Positions 58,412 through 64,000 of a DNA stretch of 64,000 nt are shown in pieces. The notes beneath the pieces were generated by a model. That model worked only from the letters and a program-made list of their open reading frames with translations. It did not search any database and had not been told where the DNA came from. Numbering within the stretch: the stretch's first letter is position 1; every line of letters begins with the position of its first letter. Both the position numbers and the translations under genes were made by a program. This DNA comes from SAR86 cluster bacterium (lineage in GTDB: Bacteria; Pseudomonadota; Gammaproteobacteria; Magnimaribacterales; AG-339-G14). The stretch lies in NCBI GenBank assembly GCA_028135785.1, contig JAOIHS010000001.1, positions 63,194 to 127,193 of the forward strand. The letters are read 5' to 3'.

Positions 58412-59273
58412 TAGATTTTTCTCCTATTCTTAAAATTGCACTTCTAGCTCTTGGGTTTTCCTTTATTTCGGTAATTGACGGTTTAATAATTTTACCAACC
58501 GATTTTAGTTGTGAATCAAAATCATCCCCATCTAATTTTCCTCTAAAAAAATTCTTAACTATTCTATCTTCCATTGAATGAAAACTGATTACCACTATCC
58601 TGCCCTTATCTTTTAAAAGACTTGCAGATACTTTCAAAGCGTCTTTAATTTCATCTAGTTCATTATTTACAAACATTCTTACCGCTCTAAAAATATTTGT
58701 TGCTGGATGTTTCTTTGAGTTTCTTCCTGTGTAAGCTATAGCTGCTAAATCTTCAGTAGAATTAATTGAATTCAATTTTCTTCTTTCCACTACTCTTTTT
58801 GCAAAAAATCTAGACTTTCTTTCTTCTCCTAAATAATAAAATATATCTGCAATTTCAGATTCTTTAGCGTTATTTAGCCAATCATATGCTGAAATTTTAT
58901 TTGATTGATCCATTCTCATATCTAACTTTCCATTATTTTGAAAACTAAAGCCTCTTGATGCATCGTCAAGTTGCAATGATGAAACGCCAAGATCAAATAG
59001 AATTCCATCAAACTCTGCTGAATCAAAAATAGTTTTAATATTCGAAAATTTTGAATATTGAAATTTAAACCTAGGATCTTTTATTTTTTTTGCATACTTA
59101 ACAACTTCTTGATCCTGATCAATTGCAGAAAGACTGGCATTGGCATCTAAATTATTTAATATTTCTTTTGAATGACCGCCGAGGCCGAAAGTACAGTCAA
59201 GATAAGCGCCTGATTTATTTAGAATAAGAGAATCGATTGTTTCGTTAATCATTACAGGGGCATGTGAAAACAT
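58404..59273 (-). CDS. rsmH: 16S rRNA (cytosine1402-N4)-methyltransferase
   Basis: HAPVMINE, DCTFGLGGHS, DLGVSSLQLD and SFHSMEDR motifs. Confidence 0.95.
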   Translation of the reverse strand: MFSHAPVMINETIDSLILNKSGAYLDCTFGLGGHSKEILNNLDANASLSAIDQDQEVVKYAKKIKDPRFKFQYSKFSNIKTIFDSAEFDGILFDLGVSSLQLDDASRGFSFQNNGKLDMRMDQSNKISAYDWLNNAKESEIADIFYYLGEERKSRFFAKRVVERRKLNSINSTEDLAAIAYTGRNSKKHPATNIFRAVRMFVNNELDEIKDALKVSASLLKDKGRIVVISFHSMEDRIVKNFFRGKLDGDDFDSQLKSVGKIIKPSITEIKENPRARSAILRIGEKSNA

Positions 59274-59749
59274 CAGAATGGTATCTCCCTTACTTCTTGA
59301 GGAAGCTCGATATCAATTCTTTCTCCCTTAATTTCCTTACCTGATTCTTTAATTTTCCAGTTCTTTTCGCTCCATAGTTCAAATTTTTGACCCATTCCAA
59401 TTAAGATTACTTTTTGTTTTTCTTTTAATTGAGCATATTCTCTTAAAGATTGAGGAAATAAAATATTCATTCTTTCAGATACTTCAAAGTCAACTTGATG
59501 AGCGTTTCCAAGAAAATTCCATTGAAGAGCTCTAAGTTTAGGATTTAAACCAGATAAACTTTCAAAAGAAGTAGAAATTTCTTTCCAAAGATTTCCTGGA
59601 TATATCAAAAGAGATGGATATTGAGGGTCTCTTGTAACAATAAGAGATCCAGCAGCTAACTCTTTAAGTTGCTCCTTATATCTAGCAGGCACTGCAATTC
59701 TCCCCTTATTATCTAAAGTTAGACTGCTTAAACCATATATTCCAGCCAT
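59273..59749 (-). CDS. mraZ: transcriptional regulator MraZ
   Basis: LDNKGRIAVPARY in the N-terminal half and the second-half segment RMNILFPQSLREY (duplicated SpoVT/AbrB-like halves); first gene of the dcw cluster. Confidence 0.93.
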   Translation of the reverse strand: MAGIYGLSSLTLDNKGRIAVPARYKEQLKELAAGSLIVTRDPQYPSLLIYPGNLWKEISTSFESLSGLNPKLRALQWNFLGNAHQVDFEVSERMNILFPQSLREYAQLKEKQKVILIGMGQKFELWSEKNWKIKESGKEIKGERIDIELPQEVREIPF

Positions 59750-59766
59750 ATTTTAGTCCCGTTTGT

Positions 59767-59801
59767 CACACTTCTTAGTATTTTTACACACTTTTACTCA
59801 C
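59767..59801 (-). promoter_or_regulatory. MraZ operator-like direct repeats GTG(A/T)G with 10-nt phasing
   Basis: The minus strand reads AAAGTGAGTA AAAGTGTGTA AAAATACTAA GAAGTGTGAC. The GTGAG/GTGTG/GTGTG copies are at 59801-59797, 59791-59787 and 59771-59767. This resembles the GTGGG-type 10-bp-phased repeats bound by MraZ. Confidence 0.5.
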
Positions 59802-59887
59802 TTTAGAAGCCTAATATGAAAATTGCTTATATAGCATGACTTTTAGGTGACTCACGACGGAAAGGTATTTATAAATTGTATGTTAAA

Positions 59888-60222
59888 AAGGAGAGCTGAC
59901 CCATAAGCCGGGTTCTGTTTTATGTAACCATTCATCTCGGATATATGTCGCCATATATCTCTAGCAACTTACCCAGATTCAATGCGGATAACATTAATGA
60001 ATCTCTATTTAGTCTTGCTCCAGACGGGGTTTACCTAGCTATATTTGTTTCCAAATATACGGTGCGCTCTTACCGCACCTTTTCACCCTTACCATAATGG
60101 CGGTTTATTTTCTGCTGCACTAGCCGTAACAATAAAATATTGTTCCCAGGAGTTACCTGGCGTCTTATCCTATGGAGCCCGGACTTTCCTCTAACATAGT
60201 TAGCGATTACTCAGTCAGCTCA
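59888..60222 (-). ncRNA. rnpB: RNase P RNA, bacterial type A (compact, ~335 nt; ends +/- a few nt)
   Basis: The minus strand reads GAGCTGACTGAG...GAGGAAAGTCCGGGCTCCATAGG...AGGGTGAAAAGGTGCGGTAAGAGCGCACC...ACAGAACCCGGCTTATGGGTCAGCTCTCC. This aligns with the conserved regions of E. coli M1 RNA. The P1 stem is followed by TTTTT. Confidence 0.95.
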
Positions 60223-60228
60223 ATTTTC

Positions 60229-60234
60229 ATTATA
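60229..60234 (-). promoter_or_regulatory. candidate -10 box (TATAAT) for rnpB, abutting the rsmI stop codon
   Basis: TATAAT on the minus strand lies 7 nt upstream of the predicted rnpB 5' G (60221). No convincing -35 element was found. Confidence 0.4.
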
Positions 60235-61044
60235 TTATTTTTTGTTGTACTTACTATAAATTTCTCTAGAGGAAAGTTTAGAAACTTTTGAAACAATTTT
60301 AGAAATAGTTCTAAGAGGCAAAAGACCTTTAAGATTTGTAACTAATTTGTCTTCAAGATTATCTGGAAGGATTTCTATATTATTGGTTCCTTCCAATAAA
60401 AAAACTATTTCTCCTTTCTCTAAATTCTTATCATTTTCAATTTTTTCTAGTAAATCTTTTGCGTTTCCTAGATAAAAATTTTCATGAGACTTAGATATTT
60501 CTTTAGCTAAAGCCACCCTTCTATCTTCTCCTAAAACCTCCAGAACTGATTTAACTAATTTCTTTATTCTCCTTGGAGACTCAAAAAAAATTACTGTTCT
60601 CTCTTCATACAAAAATTTATTCAGATACTTTTTCAGCTCCAAAGGCTTTCTTGGAGGAAATCCTTCAAAAATAAATTTATTCACTTTTAATCCTGATGCA
60701 ACGAGAGAGGATATAACTGAGCTAGGGCCAGGTATAGGACTTATTTTTATATCTGCTTCTTTAGATGCTTGAACTAATTCAAATCCTGGATCTGAAATTA
60801 AAGGAGATCCTGCGTCAGATATTAAGGCTAAATTTTTACCATCTTTTAAAAGATTTATATATTTTATAATTTCACCCTCATCCGAAAATTCGTGAAAAGA
60901 ATGCATCTTAGTTTTTATTGAGAAATTATTTAACAATAATGCTGACTTTCTTTTATCTTCAGCAAGAATCAATTCAACAGAATTTAGAATGTCAATTCCT
61001 CTTAATGACAAATCTTCAAAATTACCAATTGGAGTTGCAACCAA
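60235..61044 (-). CDS. rsmI: 16S rRNA (cytidine1402-2'-O)-methyltransferase RsmI
   Basis: LVATPIGNFEDLSLRGI and the tetrapyrrole-methylase fold. Conserved residues KGTLY lie upstream of the TTG at 61044, so the true start is probably further upstream, possibly the ATT at 61068 after GGAG. Confidence 0.88.
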   Translation of the reverse strand: MVATPIGNFEDLSLRGIDILNSVELILAEDKRKSALLLNNFSIKTKMHSFHEFSDEGEIIKYINLLKDGKNLALISDAGSPLISDPGFELVQASKEADIKISPIPGPSSVISSLVASGLKVNKFIFEGFPPRKPLELKKYLNKFLYEERTVIFFESPRRIKKLVKSVLEVLGEDRRVALAKEISKSHENFYLGNAKDLLEKIENDKNLEKGEIVFLLEGTNNIEILPDNLEDKLVTNLKGLLPLRTISKIVSKVSKLSSREIYSKYNKK

Positions 61045-61080
61045 ATATAATGTACCTTTAGTAAGAATAATTTTTCTCCA

Positions 61081-62220
61081 ATGAAAACCTCAATATCTGT
61101 AATAATTTTATTAATCCTAACTTGCTGTGCGTCAACTAGCAATTCAAGGCTTACTAATTTTTATTTTGATGAGTCTCCCAATAAAGTCAGTAAGAGTTTG
61201 CTTAAATCTATCTCTACTTCGTCTCAAAAATATGATTTAACAATCTTTTATACGAATAATGATTCAAAAAAAATAGATAAGTTTTTGGAAGGAGTTAAAG
61301 GAGCATATTTTTTTCAAAAATCGATAGGTAAAAATAAGAAATCAATAAAATTTAGCAAAATAATTAAGGATAAAAATTTCTGCAACACAATAAAGTCTCT
61401 AGCTGGAAAGAAAATTATAGTTCATTATGAGAAACTAGATTCTTCATCAAAAAAATGCTTTTCTGAATTAAATTCAGATTATTATTTGGTCTCTCTTGAT
61501 AAGTATAATTATTTATCCGGTGCCAACTTAATCAATTTAAAAAATCAAAATTATCTCAACCAATTAATTAATAATGAAAATTTTAATCTAAATAATTTTG
61601 TATTCATTTCTAAAAATATTGCAGAATTAGAGAGCTTTAATAAAAGTAATGAACTTTATAGCAAAAAAATAAGTGAGGATTCTTTTGCTTTGATAAATGG
61701 ATCAAAGAATTTTGAAAGTCAAATTGCATCTTTATTTGAACTTTCGCTTAGCCAAAAGAGAAAAAGAGATTTGCAAAGGGAAATAGGCAATGAAATAAAA
61801 ATAACCCCAAGAGCTAGAAAAGATATTTCAAATGTCATAGTAAGCTCTAGCTCTAATATCGCGAATAGAATAGTACCAGCATTTAAATATAATCTCCTTT
61901 TTGATGTAGAGATTTTTAATTTACCTAATCACTTTGATTATTGGAATCCTTCTTCTTCTGTAGATGACTTAAATGAAACTCAAGGATTGGAATACCCTAT
62001 TTTATTAAACAAAATAAATTTGGGTTCTGCTAAGTTCAAAAATTATTCCTCTGAAGAAAAAATCATCTATTCACTTGGGTTCGACCTCATTAACTATATT
62101 AATAGTGGAAATGGCTATTTTGGTTTACTAGGCGAGTACTCTTCTGAAGAAAACCAAATAAAGATTAGTCCTTTACAGGTGTCTTTTAAGGACGGCGAGA
62201 TAATACAAAAATTAAACTAA
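61081..62220 (+). CDS. lipoprotein, LpoA-like by position (divergent from rsmI)
   Basis: Lipobox LILTCC. Divergent rsmI/lpoA synteny is as in E. coli (yraL/yraM). The sequence is low-complexity and AT-biased, so the homology is unverified. Confidence 0.4.
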   Translation: MKTSISVIILLILTCCASTSNSRLTNFYFDESPNKVSKSLLKSISTSSQKYDLTIFYTNNDSKKIDKFLEGVKGAYFFQKSIGKNKKSIKFSKIIKDKNFCNTIKSLAGKKIIVHYEKLDSSSKKCFSELNSDYYLVSLDKYNYLSGANLINLKNQNYLNQLINNENFNLNNFVFISKNIAELESFNKSNELYSKKISEDSFALINGSKNFESQIASLFELSLSQKRKRDLQREIGNEIKITPRARKDISNVIVSSSSNIANRIVPAFKYNLLFDVEIFNLPNHFDYWNPSSSVDDLNETQGLEYPILLNKINLGSAKFKNYSSEEKIIYSLGFDLINYINSGNGYFGLLGEYSSEENQIKISPLQVSFKDGEIIQKLN

Positions 62221-62847
62221 TTGCTCTATTTCTTCTTCTGTTTTACTAGCAATAAAACTCTCTAAATTGAACATTCGTTCCATGTATTGATTGATGCTAT
62301 TCGCAGCTTTTGAATTTGGTAACTTAATTCCATAAAACGATAACCTGAACAAAATCGGAATTATAACTGAATCTAAAACGGTGAACTCTTCACTTCTAAA
62401 GAAAGGCTGATCATCAAAAAGGGAAAGTGAATTAAGAACATTAGTCTCTAATATTTTTTTACTCTTTAATTTTTGTGATTTAGTTGCAGAATGACTTTCT
62501 AATACATCAAGATTCACTGCCCAATCCTTTTCTAATCTATTTAAAATTAATCTAGTTTGAGCTCTTGCGACAGGGTAAACAGGCAATAAAGGTGGGTGAG
62601 GAAATCTTTCATCCAAGTATTCAACTATAAGCCCAGAATGATATAAAGAAAGATCTCGATCTATTAATAATGGTAATGATCCTGAGGGATTAACTTCCAT
62701 GATCTCAGTTGGAATGCTTGATGATTCAATAGGTTCAAGATCACAAGCAATTCCTTTTTCAGCAAGAACTATCCTTACTTTTTGGCTTCTGTGACCTATA
62801 ACATTATGGAATAAGACCATTGTGGATCTGTTGTTTAATAAACTCAT
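62212..62847 (-). CDS. sspA: stringent starvation protein A (GST-like)
   Basis: MVLFHNVIGHRSQKVRIVLAEKGI...YLDERFPHPPLLPVYPVARA; located downstream of petC. Confidence 0.9.
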   Translation of the reverse strand: MSLLNNRSTMVLFHNVIGHRSQKVRIVLAEKGIACDLEPIESSSIPTEIMEVNPSGSLPLLIDRDLSLYHSGLIVEYLDERFPHPPLLPVYPVARAQTRLILNRLEKDWAVNLDVLESHSATKSQKLKSKKILETNVLNSLSLFDDQPFFRSEEFTVLDSVIIPILFRLSFYGIKLPNSKAANSINQYMERMFNLESFIASKTEEEIEQLV

Positions 62848-62856
62848 ATTTTTTTA

Positions 62857-63519
62857 TTACTTAAGGTCTTTTTTGAATTCTCGATACGTCAAATAAGCGA
62901 ATGAAGTGAATAGTAACAGAAATAGTAAGACATACACTCCGATTCTTTTTCTTTCGTTTGCTGATGGATCTGAAACATAAACCATAAAATTTGTCAGGTT
63001 GTAGATCATCTCATTAAATTGAGTCTCTGATAGATTGGCTTGTAAGTCTTCCAAAACATGAGGCATTGAAACATTGTAATAAACTTCGTTATTAACTCCA
63101 TAAGGTCTAGAGTCATCAGGGTAAAACTTTCTTAAATATGTATATATCCAATTAGGCTTTCTAATTCTTGCTTCAAGAGTTAAATCTGGCGGTTTAGCAC
63201 CTATCCATTCCACTGCATCTTTTGAATTCATACTAATGTTCATCAATTGGCCTGGTTTGGAGCCATCAAATATTAGGTTTTCTTGATACATATCTATTGG
63301 AATATTAAGATCTTTAGAAATACGATTATATCTAGAGTACTTTAAAGAATGACATCCGTAACAATAGTTCATGTAAGTAGTTAAGCCATCCTGCAAAGAG
63401 GATAAATTTGTTGTATCTGCAGAAAATTCGTCACACTCTATAGAACCGCAACTTAATTCACCTGAAGCTGCTTGAATCGATGATGAGATAAAAAAAATTA
63501 GAAATAAAATAAATTTCAT
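62857..63519 (-). CDS. petC: cytochrome c1 of the bc1 complex
   Basis: The start is taken at MKFILFLIFF (signal peptide). It has the heme motif CYGCHS and a C-terminal TM anchor. Confidence 0.9.
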   Translation of the reverse strand: MKFILFLIFFISSSIQAASGELSCGSIECDEFSADTTNLSSLQDGLTTYMNYCYGCHSLKYSRYNRISKDLNIPIDMYQENLIFDGSKPGQLMNISMNSKDAVEWIGAKPPDLTLEARIRKPNWIYTYLRKFYPDDSRPYGVNNEVYYNVSMPHVLEDLQANLSETQFNEMIYNLTNFMVYVSDPSANERKRIGVYVLLFLLLFTSFAYLTYREFKKDLK

Positions 63520-63524
63520 TTTTT

Positions 63525-64000
63525 TTAATGCTGAGGGGCTCTTTCTGGAACAGGTTTGCAAGTTTCTATTCTTGTATATATAGGCATTAATAAAAAGTAT
63601 GAAAAATATATAACCGTAAAGACTTTAGCCAAAAGATTTTTTACGTCTGACGGAGGCACTGCTCCTAAATATCCTAATACAAAGAAACTAATAACGAAAG
63701 CAGCCAAAAAACCTTTACTTAAAACTCCTTTGTATCTTATGGATTTTACAGGGCTTCTATCTAACCATGGAAGTGCGGCGAAAATCGCAATTCCACCAGC
63801 CATGCAGACAAAGCCTAAAAATTTAGCGGTAAATCCAAATAGAGCAAAATCTACTGCTCTTAACATTGCATAAAAAGGTGTGAAATACCAAGATGGAACT
63901 ATATGCGAAGGAGTAGATAAAGGATTTGCAGGTTCAAAATTTACATATTCCAAAACGTATCCTCCGCCTTCAGGAAAAAAGAAAACTACAGTACAGAAAA
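63525..64000 (-). CDS. petB: cytochrome b of the bc1 complex (C-terminal part; 5' end beyond window)
   Basis: EPANPLSTPSHIVPSWYFTPFYAMLRAV (Qo-site ef loop) followed by TM helices. The reading frame stays open to the window edge. Confidence 0.9.
   Translation of the reverse strand, partial: FCTVVFFFPEGGGYVLEYVNFEPANPLSTPSHIVPSWYFTPFYAMLRAVDFALFGFTAKFLGFVCMAGGIAIFAALPWLDRSPVKSIRYKGVLSKGFLAAFVISFFVLGYLGAVPPSDVKNLLAKVFTVIYFSYFLLMPIYTRIETCKPVPERAPQH

Overview
The window is a visibly AT-rich stretch of core chromosome (roughly one-third GC by eye, not computed). It is extremely gene-dense: about 74 CDS, one tRNA and the RNase P RNA in 64 kb, mostly on the minus strand. Synteny is gammaproteobacterial throughout. 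The blocks are: hisS-ispG-rodZ-ndk; iscSUA-fdx-iscX; a three-gene 2-oxoacid oxidoreductase module; purC-bamC-dapA/bcp; perM/bepA; ybgC-tolQRAB-pal-cpoB-tRNA-Lys; aspS-yebC; proS; cinA-recA; pyrG-kdsA-eno-ftsB-ispDF-surE-pcm; alr-dnaB-rplI-rpsR-rpsF; a rearranged dcw cluster; rnpB; rsmI/lpoA-like; and sspA-petC-petB. This fits a streamlined marine gammaproteobacterium; SAR86-like is only a guess. I found no CRISPR array, transposon, prophage or recognisable defence island, so I cannot point to a large novel multi-gene system. The observations most worth a second look are: (1) a small Hjc/endonuclease-I-like PD-(D/E)XK nuclease, translationally coupled to yebC, sitting exactly where ruvC normally sits; (2) an integrase-like N-terminal segment fused in frame to the GltD-like flavoprotein of the oxidoreductase module, next to a compositionally odd, repeat-bearing spacer; (3) a dcw cluster with ftsQAZ moved between ftsL and ftsI, and ftsI starting at a TTG 1 nt after the ftsZ stop; (4) a 313-bp structured spacer where nlpD-rpoS would be expected, the only convergent gene pair here that does not overlap; (5) a ProRS lacking the INS editing domain, an isc cluster lacking iscR/hscBA, an orphan diiron protein, a PSWY Qo-site variant in cytochrome b, and systematically shortened envelope-spanning proteins. 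All family assignments come from reading motifs by eye and from synteny. No database search was run.
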